Assembly (NCBI GenBank): GCA_963693115.1 | Contig: OY843750.1 | Coordinates: 60,306-124,305, forward strand | Reading direction: 5' to 3' | Length of the DNA stretch: 64,000 bases | Source of the DNA: Spirochaetia bacterium | GTDB lineage: Bacteria; Spirochaetota; Spirochaetia; WTKD01; G963693115 | Shown: positions 52,307-62,447 of the stretch, in pieces | How the letters are laid out: each line of letters starts with the position of its first letter | Position numbering within the stretch: position 1 is the first letter of the stretch | The notes under the pieces: generated by a model | What the model was told of the DNA's origin: nothing | Databases searched by the model: none | Seen by the model: only the letters and a program-made list of their open reading frames with translations | Made by a program: the position numbers and the translations under genes

Positions 52307-52789
52307 ATGAATAATCTTAATTCTATCCTGTTGGAAGGCAATCTTACCAAAGACCCTCTAACAAAAACGTTTGACAACTCCATGCTTTGCACGTTTGTCA
52401 TTGCATCAAATAGGAGTTATAAAAAAGATGATGAATACCATAAAGAAGTCTCGTATTTTTCTATCGAAAGTTGGGGTAAAACCGCTGAGAATTGTGGAAA
52501 ATATCTCACAAAGGGGAGCGGGGTTCGAGTTGTTGGTCGCCTTAAACAAGACCGATGGGAGGATGATGGCGAAAAGATGCACCAAAAAACTAAGATAGTG
52601 GCAGAACACGTTGATTTTTTTCCACGACAAAAGAAAAGCACTATAGAAAATAATGCCAAAGGGAATGGCAAGCAAAATGCTGAAGAAATGACAGAGGTAT
52701 TTGACGAAGCCAGCAATCGTGATGAGGATCTTGAAGAGGACCAAGAGGTATCTCTTTCGGGCGATACTGATACAGATACTGATACATAG
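52307..52789 (+). CDS. ssb: Single-stranded DNA-binding protein
   Basis: OB-fold N-terminus MNNLNSILLEGNLTKDPLTKTFDNSMLCTFVIASNRSYKKDDEY..VSYFSIESWGKTAENCGKYLTKGSGVRVVGRLKQDRWEDDGEK and an acidic C-terminal tail (DTDTDTDT). Strong RBS aggaggtaatATG. The listed ORF begins upstream at 52223. Confidence 0.85.
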   Translation: MNNLNSILLEGNLTKDPLTKTFDNSMLCTFVIASNRSYKKDDEYHKEVSYFSIESWGKTAENCGKYLTKGSGVRVVGRLKQDRWEDDGEKMHQKTKIVAEHVDFFPRQKKSTIENNAKGNGKQNAEEMTEVFDEASNRDEDLEEDQEVSLSGDTDTDTDT

Positions 52790-52813
52790 TTGCTTATCTA
52801 CTCATCACAGGTC

Positions 52814-52846
52814 TCCATGATTATGGCATCACGCTATAATCATGGA
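52814..52846. other. Perfect 11-bp stem hairpin downstream of ssb (tccatgattat ... ataatcatgga)
   Basis: Worked out by hand; 11-nt loop, no T-run after it. Confidence 0.35.
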
Positions 52847-53144
52847 CTCAAGTTATCATATTTTGGAATATTAGGTTGTGTACTACTAGCGTGAAAATAG
52901 CATTATATTGCTCTTTGTGTAGATGAATACGTGGCACATTTGTACCAATTCAGTCCCCTATAGCGTTTTGCTGTATCAATCTGAAACAATTTGCCAGCCA
53001 TATAATACTCTGTCTGCTTAAAAAAAAAGATCTATTTCTTTTATACAAAAAAACATGCTAAGTCATTACATAATATAAACTTACTGACTTGGCACGCTTA
53101 TTTCACTAGTACTGTAGATAACTTTTATAACAAGGAGGCATTAT

Positions 53145-53534
53145 ATGAATAATGTTTTAACACGTCCACTATGGAATGATTTTCTCTTTGATAATCATCC
53201 ATTAGTTCCTCGATTTCACGGCTATTATGACAGGTCTGAGAAAGTCTGGTCAGACCCTCAATTTGAAGCCGATGAACATGAATACCGTATCACTATCGAT
53301 ATACCGGGTGTAACAAAGGATCAGATTGCTATCGAAATCGACAAGACATTCTTGATCGTAAAGACGAATGAAGACGATTCTAACACCGCATCTAAACGAA
53401 GCTATAATTTTCGTTATAAGATTCCAGACGATATCGATAAAACCAAGGTATCTGCTCACCTAAAACACGGTGTACTGCAGTTACATCTCAAAAAAACCGA
53501 AGAGTCAAAAGCTCTTCAAGTACAAATCACTTAA
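53145..53534 (+). CDS. Small heat shock protein, Hsp20/alpha-crystallin family
   Basis: 129 aa. Alpha-crystallin domain (YRITIDIPGVTKDQIAIEIDKTFLIVK ... AHLKHGVLQLHLKK). RBS aaggaggcattatATG. Confidence 0.85.
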   Translation: MNNVLTRPLWNDFLFDNHPLVPRFHGYYDRSEKVWSDPQFEADEHEYRITIDIPGVTKDQIAIEIDKTFLIVKTNEDDSNTASKRSYNFRYKIPDDIDKTKVSAHLKHGVLQLHLKKTEESKALQVQIT

Positions 53535-53567
53535 CACAAAGGAGGATAATCAGTACTCGCAACAAAA

Positions 53568-53597
53568 AAGGAAGATTAGCGTCTTCCTTTTTTTTTG
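53568..53597 (+). terminator. Rho-independent terminator after the hsp20 gene
   Basis: ggaaga-ttagcg-tcttcc stem-loop followed by T9 (aaggaagattagcgtcttccttttttttt). Confidence 0.65.
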
Positions 53598-53649
53598 TTT
53601 GTTGACATTAAGCCTACTCTTGTTTATACTTATAAGTAATAAAGAAAAC

Positions 53650-53723
53650 GGGGGCGTGGCGAAGTCGGTTATCGCGCCGGCCTGTCAAGCCGGAGATCGC
53701 GGGTTCAATCCCCGTCGCTCCCG
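53650..53723 (+). tRNA. tRNA-Asp (anticodon GTC)
   Basis: Cloverleaf folded by hand. Acceptor gggggcg/cgctccc with one G-U pair. D-stem gcga/tcgc. Anticodon stem ccggc/gccgg with loop ctGTCaa. T-arm gcggg-ttcaatc-cccgt. Discriminator G. CCA not encoded. Confidence 0.85.
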
Positions 53724-54066
53724 ATATATGTACTGTACAATTACTACTTTGGTATTACTACTTTTTTGGTATTTATGGTATTGCTATCACCTTGAAAAGG
53801 TATATATGAGAAAAAGTCTTGAAAATTAATTACTCGAGTAAGTTTAAAAATACAAAATTTATTTTCTTTGAACAAAGTCCCCAGTCAAAATCACACTTGC
53901 ACTATCTCGCATACGTGTTTGAACCAAAAACACTAAGAAACTCAAAGAATATTTCTAAGCTCATTTCCATGTTTATAGAAAATAATTCCACATAAGAGCG
54001 CAAAAATAGACAAAATTAGATCAAACAAAATTGGATATGTCAGAGGGATAGATACGTAGCCTTTTT

Positions 54067-54131
54067 GCCAAACCAGTCAACTTGCCAAACCAATCAACTT
54101 GCCAAATCAGTCAACTTTTCAAGCCAATCAA
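54067..54131. repeat. 17-bp tandem repeat x3.5 (gccaaaccagtcaactt)
   Basis: gccaaaccagtcaactt / gccaaaccaatcaactt / gccaaatcagtcaactt / ttcaagccaatcaat. Intergenic, between the tRNA-Asp and the 3' end of a minus-strand gene. Confidence 0.85.
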
Positions 54132-54715
54132 TATATGCGAAGTCTGCTATTAATATAACTTATAAGCTCTTCTGCTAAAGCAGAGGTATGGTAGTTTATT
54201 GCTGCCATATTTGGTATAATTTTTCGTGGTGCCGAGTCAAAATATATCTTTCTCTCAAAGAAATCTATGTTTTCGTATTGTGCAACATCAGTAGAAAGCG
54301 TCATTTCTATGTCTTCTTTTAATTTTTTTCTCGTAGAATTAGAAAATTCGTATATACCTAGCGGATCAACAGTAATTTCTATTTTGTCTTTTTTTACTTC
54401 AATGTATACGTCATGGGTAAGAAAATATGAGGCATCCTTAAGCGAAGCGATGCGCTCTCTAACTTCTAAGTCTAAAATATAATCTATGGTATTTCTGACA
54501 CGGGTCTCGTAGGCCTCGTACTTAGTGGCTTGTGCACGCTTTGTCGCAAGCCATGTATCAACAATGGCAAAAACAGGTGCAGGCCTGACAGATCTAGACA
54601 CGATCTCCGTTTTGTATACATAACCTTGATACCATGTGACGCAAGAATAAAGAAGCATAACAATAGAAAGCAAAAGTACGAGAAACCCAAATAAAGAAGC
54701 ACATTTATTATGCAT
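54128..54715 (-). CDS. Hypothetical membrane-anchored protein (195 aa)
   Basis: N-terminal TM/signal anchor (CASLFGFLVLLLSIVMLLYSCVTWY). No recognisable domain. Confidence 0.5.
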   Translation of the reverse strand: MHNKCASLFGFLVLLLSIVMLLYSCVTWYQGYVYKTEIVSRSVRPAPVFAIVDTWLATKRAQATKYEAYETRVRNTIDYILDLEVRERIASLKDASYFLTHDVYIEVKKDKIEITVDPLGIYEFSNSTRKKLKEDIEMTLSTDVAQYENIDFFERKIYFDSAPRKIIPNMAAINYHTSALAEELISYINSRLRIY

Positions 54716-54727
54716 AGCAATATACCG

Positions 54728-56647
54728 TCAATACTTTCCGACAAGAGATACAATTCGACCTTTACCAAAAGCACGTGAAGATATCTTTATTATCGGTGGA
54801 GCTTGATATCTCTTAAACTCTGATGCATGAAAAAGAGCCCATACCTGACTAACCTTTTTTACAGGAAAGCGACCTAATGCGCATATTTCATCCTTATGAA
54901 GACCGTTTACGATTATTTCATAAAGTATCCTGTCAAGTAAGTCATATGGTGGAAGCGAATCACTGTCTTTTTGTCCTTCTGCAAGCTCGGCGCTAGGCTC
55001 ACGAGTAAGAATGTCATGAGGAATTGTTTTATACCTGTGTACTATGTACTCGCTAAGGGCAAACACTTCGGTCTTATAAAGATCACCTATGGGATTAAGT
55101 CCCCCGCACATATCTCCGTAGAGAGTGGCGTATCCTACGGATAGCTCTGATTTATTGCCAGTAGTAAGGAGTAGTGACGAACGCTCGTTAGCAATAGCCA
55201 TCAATAAGACTGCGCGGACGCGCGCCTGAAAATTCTGGCGTGTTACCGTAGCCAGTTCAGAAGTCCCAAAATTTTCAATGCCCGCTTTATTAAATGAGTC
55301 TATAGGTATACTGGTAGATCTTATGGCAAGATTAGATATAAGTTGTGTTGCACAATCATGACTCAAATCACTCGTATAGCACGAGGGTAGCAAGACGCCA
55401 TGTACAGCATGTGCGCCAAGAGCACGCGTCGCAATTGTTGCCACGAGTGCCGAATCTATACCCCCACTTATACCGAGGTGCACATTTGTAAATCCTTGCT
55501 TACTACAAAAATCTTTGACCCCCAATTCTAGCACGCTCAACAGCTCGTCCCAGTTTCTGTCTGCAAAGGCAAAATACTCATCAGAATCGTATGTGTAGTC
55601 ACGCATAGTGACGGTGATTTTTTTGGCTCTATGACTTTGTAGAACGCCAGTATCGCTCGTATCAGCAGTATCGCCACCATCATCTTTTGGACGCTTGTTA
55701 TTTTTTATGGAGCTATGAGAGCTTGAATCATTATCAAGAGATGCAATGCTTATCTCTGTCAATCTCTCATCGGTAGGTATAGAAACAGTGCTTTCTTTTT
55801 GAGCCAAAGATTGAAACATCCCATGATTATCTAATTTGACCATAGAATAATCCTCTTTGCACGATGCAAGGCTTGTTACCCTAAGATATCTATCCATAAA
55901 AAACGACGCACCATCAAATACTATCTCGTCTTGACCGCCCACAGCATTTACAAAGGCTAGGGGAATATTGCTAGCCTGCACCACACGAGCAGCGTGATAT
56001 AAGCGCATATTGTTTTTATCAAGCTGGTATGGCGAAGCAGAAAGGCAACATATGAGATCAATGGTTCTTTGTTTTTGCAGTGATTGCAACTGTACAAGAG
56101 GGCTTTGTTTTTGATCGGTATTCCACATGTCCTCACATATAAGTATTACAATGCGCATGCTGTTGTGTTCAATGACATTGAGGCTTGTGCCAGCCTCAAA
56201 ATAGCGTTGTTCGTAAAACACATCATAGTAAGGAAGCGTTTGTTTAGCCTGAACACATTGATAGCCATCGCGATCTATTCGATAAGCAACATTATAGAAT
56301 GTGGCGTTCCGTCGTTCCTGCGAAAGCGTATTGGGACTCATACCACCCACAAATAAGACAGTACCTTCTTTTACTTCTTCTGCAAGCAACTGAAGTGCTT
56401 TTTTTTGCTCTGCAAGCAGCTGTCTAGTATAAAAAAGATCGTAGGGCATGTAGCCTGTAAGGGCCAACTCTGGAAATAGTATTATGTCAAGGCCTGGCAT
56501 ACGTGATATATAAGAACACATGCGCTCAGCATTTGCGAGTGGTTGGTGTATAGTACTGTTGCATTGCACGATGGCAATCCTACATGACATACCTTCATCA
56601 TAGCAAATAGATTGTATACATGACATACTCAGGGATACAAGACGCAT
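54728..56647 (-). CDS. nadE: Glutamine-dependent NAD+ synthetase (N-terminal CN-hydrolase domain + C-terminal NAD synthase domain)
   Basis: 639 aa. Nitrilase-like N-half. PP-loop SGGIDSALVA in the C-terminal half. The start may be the internal Met (MSCRIAIVQCN). Confidence 0.85.
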   Translation of the reverse strand: MRLVSLSMSCIQSICYDEGMSCRIAIVQCNSTIHQPLANAERMCSYISRMPGLDIILFPELALTGYMPYDLFYTRQLLAEQKKALQLLAEEVKEGTVLFVGGMSPNTLSQERRNATFYNVAYRIDRDGYQCVQAKQTLPYYDVFYEQRYFEAGTSLNVIEHNSMRIVILICEDMWNTDQKQSPLVQLQSLQKQRTIDLICCLSASPYQLDKNNMRLYHAARVVQASNIPLAFVNAVGGQDEIVFDGASFFMDRYLRVTSLASCKEDYSMVKLDNHGMFQSLAQKESTVSIPTDERLTEISIASLDNDSSSHSSIKNNKRPKDDGGDTADTSDTGVLQSHRAKKITVTMRDYTYDSDEYFAFADRNWDELLSVLELGVKDFCSKQGFTNVHLGISGGIDSALVATIATRALGAHAVHGVLLPSCYTSDLSHDCATQLISNLAIRSTSIPIDSFNKAGIENFGTSELATVTRQNFQARVRAVLLMAIANERSSLLLTTGNKSELSVGYATLYGDMCGGLNPIGDLYKTEVFALSEYIVHRYKTIPHDILTREPSAELAEGQKDSDSLPPYDLLDRILYEIIVNGLHKDEICALGRFPVKKVSQVWALFHASEFKRYQAPPIIKISSRAFGKGRIVSLVGKY

Positions 56648-56727
56648 TTTTGTTCTTGTTGTATTTGCTTTACTCAGGCTTACAATATTTACACGGGTAT
56701 ACTTATAGTAAGTGAGTACTGGTCAAC

Positions 56728-57375
56728 GTGAGTAAAAACATATTCCTGCTTGGTAATGATGGCACTACAATCAATAGTTTATGTCAGAATCTTGATACCC
56801 TCTCAATGCGGTATCAGCACTACTTATTAACAGAATCTCACGAAAGAAAAAGCAATGCTATTGGCATTTCTCAGTTTTCTAATTACATCATCCATTCCCT
56901 ACTGCACCCAAAGGCAGACACCATTGACGATCTCATTCTTTGCTTTACTATTCCTTATGCAGATAAGCTAGGTTCTATTAGCAAAAACCAATTTGATAAT
57001 TTTTTTAGAGTACTAACATACTTGTTTATTGACACTTTACAACTCTCTCTGAGACTACTCAAAAAGAAAACACAGCGTGTCTTTGTCTGTCTAAAAGATA
57101 ATTATGCGAGTCTTACACACGATAGTCAATGCCTCTTGTATGATTTTTTTTTGCTCACGACCAAGCGGTATTACTGGGGAAAAAATTATGAATGCAAACT
57201 TTTGCTTGTTACAGAAGGGCGAAATGCAAAGCATATAAAACAAAATCCTAGTTTCTTTGTTGATTATACGCTCTCTTTGATGTCTGGCACTCCAAGAAAG
57301 TTTTATAATGTCAGCCGTAGCCTTAATGAACTATTATACAGGTACAATAAAAAAAGTAGATACAATAAACAGTAG
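56728..57375 (+). CDS. Hypothetical protein (215 aa)
   Basis: ORF of coding-like composition; no recognisable motif. Confidence 0.4.
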   Translation: MSKNIFLLGNDGTTINSLCQNLDTLSMRYQHYLLTESHERKSNAIGISQFSNYIIHSLLHPKADTIDDLILCFTIPYADKLGSISKNQFDNFFRVLTYLFIDTLQLSLRLLKKKTQRVFVCLKDNYASLTHDSQCLLYDFFLLTTKRYYWGKNYECKLLLVTEGRNAKHIKQNPSFFVDYTLSLMSGTPRKFYNVSRSLNELLYRYNKKSRYNKQ

Positions 57376-57384
57376 AACCCATAT

Positions 57385-58734
57385 ATGCACTCGGCACACA
57401 AGACATACACAATCACTCCTGCTTTTTCGTTCACCATTGTAGCTACACTCGTAATAGGGACAGTCTTAGGCATTCTGTACCCCTACTCCATATTAAAGGA
57501 GTCATTACCATCCCTTACTACTGTTCTTGTTTCGGTGGTCTTGTATTGCGTCGTTCCTGCTGTTTTTTTTGCAGAAATACTCGCACTGTATCAACTCATA
57601 CAACAAAAATTACTGGGATTTGTTTTAAAGCGTTGCCTAATGTATATTGGCATATTTTTAGGAGCACTGCTGATAATTTCTATTCTTATTGTAGTATTAC
57701 TACCGCCTTTAAACATTCTCCCCTTGGTAAGTTCTCCCGAAAATCTCAGTGGCGCAAATATCGCGAGCATAGTTGAAGAGTTATTTCCTCCAAATTTTTT
57801 ACAAATATTTGCAATATCAAAAGAAAATATACTCACGCTCATTGTATGTGGGGCTATACTTGCGTACGCCTATTCTTTGCGTTCAAAAAAACAGGGAATA
57901 TTTGCGGAGCTTTTATACGAACTCACCGATATCGTAGATATACTAGTAAAACTTGTCTCTTATGTAACGATACCCCTCTGCCTGCTTTCAAGCTATGGTA
58001 TCGTTTCTCAGTTTTTTGTTAGTGAATTTAGAGAATCTTTTACTCCTCTGCTACTGAGTTTGTTTTTTCTCTTTATCGTCTTGGTATGTTTTGTATTACC
58101 ACTTATATTTAGATACACGGGCGTAAATATACGGTATCAAGACTGGATACGGGGTATACTCACCAGTAGTGCTATTGCCTTTTCTACAGGGAGCGTATTG
58201 GTCGCCTACCGCTCAACGCTTTCTTTAAACGCTAAAAGAAACACCCGTAGCATAGTTACGCATACAAGCTATACTATTACATTTGTCTTAGGACGGATAG
58301 GAACTGCAATGTGCATTGCTATCTTTTATATTGCATTATTTAATTCTTTTTATGCGACTCCGATACTACTACGAGAAATCATTGTTATCGTTCTGATGTC
58401 AATACTGTATTCTTTTGTTGCGAGCGCCAGAGCGCAGAGCATACTTTTTATTGCATTGGCGGGCATAAGCAAGGTTTCATATGTATCCATACAAGATTTT
58501 TATCTCGTCTTGCTTCCTTATGCAGTGATTATGAAAAGTTTTGCTGCAAGCTTTGATGTGCTTTGTATTACGGTCGTCAACCTTCTTGTTAATGCCCGCT
58601 ACGAAAAGCGATTTCTCATCTTTACTCCACCAGTACATGGCATTGATAACACGTCATCCAAACGTTTATCTAAGGACGCAAACACCAAGAAAGACACCAG
58701 CAGTCGCGTTGCCTCACAAAAGAGTAGTACATGA
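57385..58734 (+). CDS. Polytopic integral membrane protein (449 aa), possible transporter
   Basis: About 10-12 hydrophobic helices. C-terminal hydrophilic Lys/Ser-rich tail. Family not assignable. Its stop overlaps the argC start. Confidence 0.55.
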   Translation: MHSAHKTYTITPAFSFTIVATLVIGTVLGILYPYSILKESLPSLTTVLVSVVLYCVVPAVFFAEILALYQLIQQKLLGFVLKRCLMYIGIFLGALLIISILIVVLLPPLNILPLVSSPENLSGANIASIVEELFPPNFLQIFAISKENILTLIVCGAILAYAYSLRSKKQGIFAELLYELTDIVDILVKLVSYVTIPLCLLSSYGIVSQFFVSEFRESFTPLLLSLFFLFIVLVCFVLPLIFRYTGVNIRYQDWIRGILTSSAIAFSTGSVLVAYRSTLSLNAKRNTRSIVTHTSYTITFVLGRIGTAMCIAIFYIALFNSFYATPILLREIIVIVLMSILYSFVASARAQSILFIALAGISKVSYVSIQDFYLVLLPYAVIMKSFAASFDVLCITVVNLLVNARYEKRFLIFTPPVHGIDNTSSKRLSKDANTKKDTSSRVASQKSST

Positions 58735-59762
58735 ACGTAGTAGTGCTTGGATCAACTGGGTATAGTGGCACTGAACTTATAAAAATCCTGCTGAGACATC
58801 CAAAAGTGGACGCTATTACTTGTCATTCACACTCTTGGGGAGATAAAGATTTACCCGCTTGGTTTTTTGAACACGAGTTGTCCATGTACGCTCATAAGTT
58901 TACGAGCAGACAATATCAATCAGAACTCAAGCCTGATGTTCTTAAGGCTACCGATGTACTGTTTTCGGCGCTTCCTCACGCCATATCTAACACTGTTATC
59001 ACCCCGCTTTTACAAGAACATAGCACTATCGGCGCTTGCATTGATCTCTCACATGATTATCGCATGCAAGATGGTGAGATAGCAAAAGAAATAAACGGCA
59101 GAACTCCTATATACGGTCTTTGCGAATGGAATCGAAGTGCACTACGAGAAGCGCGGTTTGTCGCAAATCCAGGATGTTATGCCACAGCAAGCCTACTCGC
59201 ACTCCTCCCCTTGTTACGTTACGAGTCGCCCATAGCCCCAGTGTCCATCGTGGCACTCAGTGGTGTTTCGGGTGCTGGCAGAGGCAATAGTACACGCACG
59301 CAGTATGTCGAACGCGCGGATACTGTCCTCGCCTATAAGCCGGGTACCGCACACGCGCATTGGAAAGAAATACGCCACTACTGTGCCAAATTTGCTTATA
59401 AAGAGCTGGATGTTTTGTTTACTCCTGTTATGGTACCCATGAAACGGGGAATTGCTGCTTTTTTTACGTTGCATTATAAAAGCAAGGATGATGTTGATAG
59501 AGCTGTCGCAGGCCTTGAATCCCAATATCTTGCTGAACAATTTGTTACGGTACTCCAACACGATGACACTCGTAATCCGCTCTCTGAAGTCTCACACGGC
59601 AACTACTGTGCCATACGCTACACTAAAGAAAACACAGCATTGCTTGTCTCGTCTTATATTGACAATCTCGTAAAGGGAGCTGCGGGTCAAGCAATACAAA
59701 ATTTTAACATCATGCACGGCTACGAAGAACATCTTGGACTTATCACACCATGCGTTGCATAA
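58731..59762 (+). CDS. argC: N-acetyl-gamma-glutamyl-phosphate reductase
   Basis: N-terminal VVLGSTGYSGTEL. Active-site Cys motif ANPGCYATA. Confidence 0.88.
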   Translation: MNVVVLGSTGYSGTELIKILLRHPKVDAITCHSHSWGDKDLPAWFFEHELSMYAHKFTSRQYQSELKPDVLKATDVLFSALPHAISNTVITPLLQEHSTIGACIDLSHDYRMQDGEIAKEINGRTPIYGLCEWNRSALREARFVANPGCYATASLLALLPLLRYESPIAPVSIVALSGVSGAGRGNSTRTQYVERADTVLAYKPGTAHAHWKEIRHYCAKFAYKELDVLFTPVMVPMKRGIAAFFTLHYKSKDDVDRAVAGLESQYLAEQFVTVLQHDDTRNPLSEVSHGNYCAIRYTKENTALLVSSYIDNLVKGAAGQAIQNFNIMHGYEEHLGLITPCVA

Positions 59763-59838
59763 CAATGAGGCATAAGCACAGCGTAGCACCCTACATTACA
59801 GCACCGTACACAAAACGCATGCTCCATAGAAATATGCT

Positions 59839-60732
59839 ATGAATATTCCTCCCTCCCAAAAAACCCCAACCACACCACAAAGAGTGCTGATCAAACTTGG
59901 TGGCTCTTTTTTACAAAATGCTACGTCGTGCGGGCACGTCTTTGCAGATCTCAAGACTCTTATCCAAAAAGATATCCCAAAAAATATCCCAAAAAATATC
60001 CAGGCACATACCAGAGAACGAGCATACAGACAACCTATACAGCTCATCATAGTACACGGGGGCGGAGAACAGCTTGGCACCTTTGCGCATACCCAAGGAA
60101 CAGATACAAGATTTGACACCGAGGGCAATCGAGTAACGGATACAGATATGATGTCGTATGCTGACATGATATTAGGAGGGGCAGTCAATGCACGCATACT
60201 GAGAAGCGCACTTAGCCAAGGTATGTCTGCCGTCGGTATCAATGCCGCCTCGGGAGGAACAATCAGTGCCACGCATCTTACTAGTGATGACGCTACTCCC
60301 AACTTTAGTGCCTCTGTAAAAACATGTAATACTAAACTACTTACCTGTCTCATACAAAACGGATTTATACCCATAATCAGTAGTGTCGCAGCAACTCAAG
60401 AGGGAGCTCCCTGTAATATAAACGCTGATGATGTGGCAATGAGCATTGCATCAGAGTGGAAAGCAGAATACGTGCTATTGCTTTCTGATGTAGAGGGGGT
60501 ATACGATGCTTCTTTGACACTTATGCCTGCAATTTTTATGCACGAATTACCATCGATCCTCACTCAAGAGCATATACGTGATGGCATGAAAAAAAAACTC
60601 ACAAGCATTTATACAGCGTTGTGTGCATCTCCCTCTATGCGTGTTATTATTGGCACTCACAAAGGCACTGGAGATATGAGGCGTCTACTACAATCAGAGA
60701 GAGGAACAAGCATCCGTGCATCATACACATAG
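59839..60732 (+). CDS. argB: Acetylglutamate kinase
   Basis: Amino-acid kinase family motifs VLIKLGGS and IIVHGGG. Contains an in-frame KDIPKNIPKNIQ mini-repeat. Confidence 0.85.
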   Translation: MNIPPSQKTPTTPQRVLIKLGGSFLQNATSCGHVFADLKTLIQKDIPKNIPKNIQAHTRERAYRQPIQLIIVHGGGEQLGTFAHTQGTDTRFDTEGNRVTDTDMMSYADMILGGAVNARILRSALSQGMSAVGINAASGGTISATHLTSDDATPNFSASVKTCNTKLLTCLIQNGFIPIISSVAATQEGAPCNINADDVAMSIASEWKAEYVLLLSDVEGVYDASLTLMPAIFMHELPSILTQEHIRDGMKKKLTSIYTALCASPSMRVIIGTHKGTGDMRRLLQSERGTSIRASYT

Positions 60733-62008
60733 TAACAAGAAAAATACAAAGAATATTCTTGACATTAATTATAGGGTTGATAGTACGTACCAAACCCCAG
60801 TGTTTGAACCTTTGCTTACCATTGCACATGCAAAAGGAGATTATCTGTATGATGTTCGTGGTCGAAGGTTTATAGACCTTACGGGCGGTATTGCGGTTCA
60901 TTCGCTTGGACACGGAGCACTCTCTGCACAATTAGTTGCGGCACAGCTACAAAAAACAAGCCATGTTTCAAACTATTTTACGACTGAGCCACTCCTACAA
61001 TTATGTAAGCGTCTCGTATTGCTCGCAAATAAATATATTCCCAGCGTTCCTTATAAGAGTACATTTGTCTGTAATAGTGGTACCGAGGCTATCGAAACGG
61101 CACTCAAATTCTGCCTTCTGTGGAAATACAAGCGTGAGTTTAGACATAAAAAACACGTGCTTTATGCACATAATTCTTTTCACGGACGTACTATGGGGGC
61201 GCTTTCGCTGACGGGGCAGGCACGCTACCGGCGTTATTTTGAACCTCTCCTCGCACATACGCGTAGTTTTGTGTATAACGATGCAAGAGATATAGCTAAA
61301 AAATGTTCACGAAAGACCATCGCACTGTTTATCGAAGCCATACAAGGTGAGGGAGGGCTCTCTATGCTTGACTCATCTACCGCTGAGCACATAATGAAAC
61401 TCAAGCAGAAATACAATTTTTTAATTGTTGCCGATGAGGTACAAGGTGGGCTATGGCGTACTGGTACCCCTTTTGCCTGCCAGCATTCTGGATTAAAGCC
61501 CGATATAATCGTAATTGCTAAGCCCCTCGGTGGCGGGCTACCAATTGGTGCCGTCATTACCCCACAACAGGTACACGACCTGCTTAGCCCTGGCGATCAT
61601 GGTTCTACGTTTGGAGGAAATCCGGTAGTATGCACCGCAGCACATTATATGTTGGATAAGTTTTTGGATCCACATATTCAAAAAAAACGTGAACGTTCGG
61701 CACAGGCATTGGACGCACATATACATGCGCTCACACAAAAATATTCCGATCTTATTCCCCTAGGGCGTGGGCATCTCAGGGGACTCGCATTTAGGACGCC
61801 ACGTATTCAGGGCGCTGTTTCTGACATCATTGCTCAAGCACTTCATCGAGGGCTGCTCATATTGCGTTCTGGCGGAACAAAGCTTAGGTTTGCGCCATCG
61901 CTTATTTGCGAAGACTATGTATACCAAGAAGCATTTAACATACTCGATTCGATTTTACATGAATACATATATCCTCATCCAAAGCCCTCTCATACATCTC
62001 AGCATTAA
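60716..62008 (+). CDS. argD: Acetylornithine aminotransferase (class III PLP aminotransferase)
   Basis: Class III aminotransferase pattern. DEVQGG and the PLP-Lys region IIVIAKPLGGGLPIGA. Confidence 0.85.
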   Translation: MHHTHSNKKNTKNILDINYRVDSTYQTPVFEPLLTIAHAKGDYLYDVRGRRFIDLTGGIAVHSLGHGALSAQLVAAQLQKTSHVSNYFTTEPLLQLCKRLVLLANKYIPSVPYKSTFVCNSGTEAIETALKFCLLWKYKREFRHKKHVLYAHNSFHGRTMGALSLTGQARYRRYFEPLLAHTRSFVYNDARDIAKKCSRKTIALFIEAIQGEGGLSMLDSSTAEHIMKLKQKYNFLIVADEVQGGLWRTGTPFACQHSGLKPDIIVIAKPLGGGLPIGAVITPQQVHDLLSPGDHGSTFGGNPVVCTAAHYMLDKFLDPHIQKKRERSAQALDAHIHALTQKYSDLIPLGRGHLRGLAFRTPRIQGAVSDIIAQALHRGLLILRSGGTKLRFAPSLICEDYVYQEAFNILDSILHEYIYPHPKPSHTSQH

Positions 62009-62043
62009 ATGGCATGCCTTGCCTATACTGTTTATTGGCTCGC

Positions 62044-62178
62044 TGGCACTACTGGCTGGCACTACTAACTGGCACTAGGGCAACTGACACTACTAACTGG
62101 CATTAGGGCAACTGGCACTACTAACTGACACTAGGACAACTGGCACTAGGGCAACTGGCACTACTAACTGGCACTAGG
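62044..62178. repeat. Complex tandem repeat, about 28-bp unit (actactaactggcactagggcaactggc) x4-5 with 9-bp sub-periodicity
   Basis: Direct reading between the argD stop and the downstream DUF285-type lipoprotein gene. Confidence 0.85.
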
Positions 62179-62447
62179 AGCGTCGCTTGCGTTTGTCTAA
62201 TACTTGAGGTTGATCGTGACTCCATGCGCACTATTTGCGTGGAAGGTGTGCTTGTGACATGTTTTTTGCTTATTGCATACAAACACAGTAATTTGTTACA
62301 AAAAGATTGCAGAAATTAGTAAAAATACATATACTTGACAAAAATACGATTATACTGTATCCTTAAATGGTCTTGTATTGACTGTATTGTATGTATTGTC
62401 ATGCATGCAAAAACATAGCATATATATCTTATTTCTAAGGAGGTTAT

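Noticed and set aside
53088-53104. Sigma-54-like -24/-12 element ttGGCACgcttaTTTCa about 45 nt upstream of the hsp20 gene
   Set aside because: The -24 GG is present, but the invariant GC of the -12 element is TC here. Too weak to call without an enhancer-binding-protein context.
14186-62178. Possibility that the intergenic tandem arrays are CRISPR arrays
   Set aside because: The units are directly contiguous with no unique spacers, with only 3-5 copies and units of 12-28 bp. No cas genes in the window.
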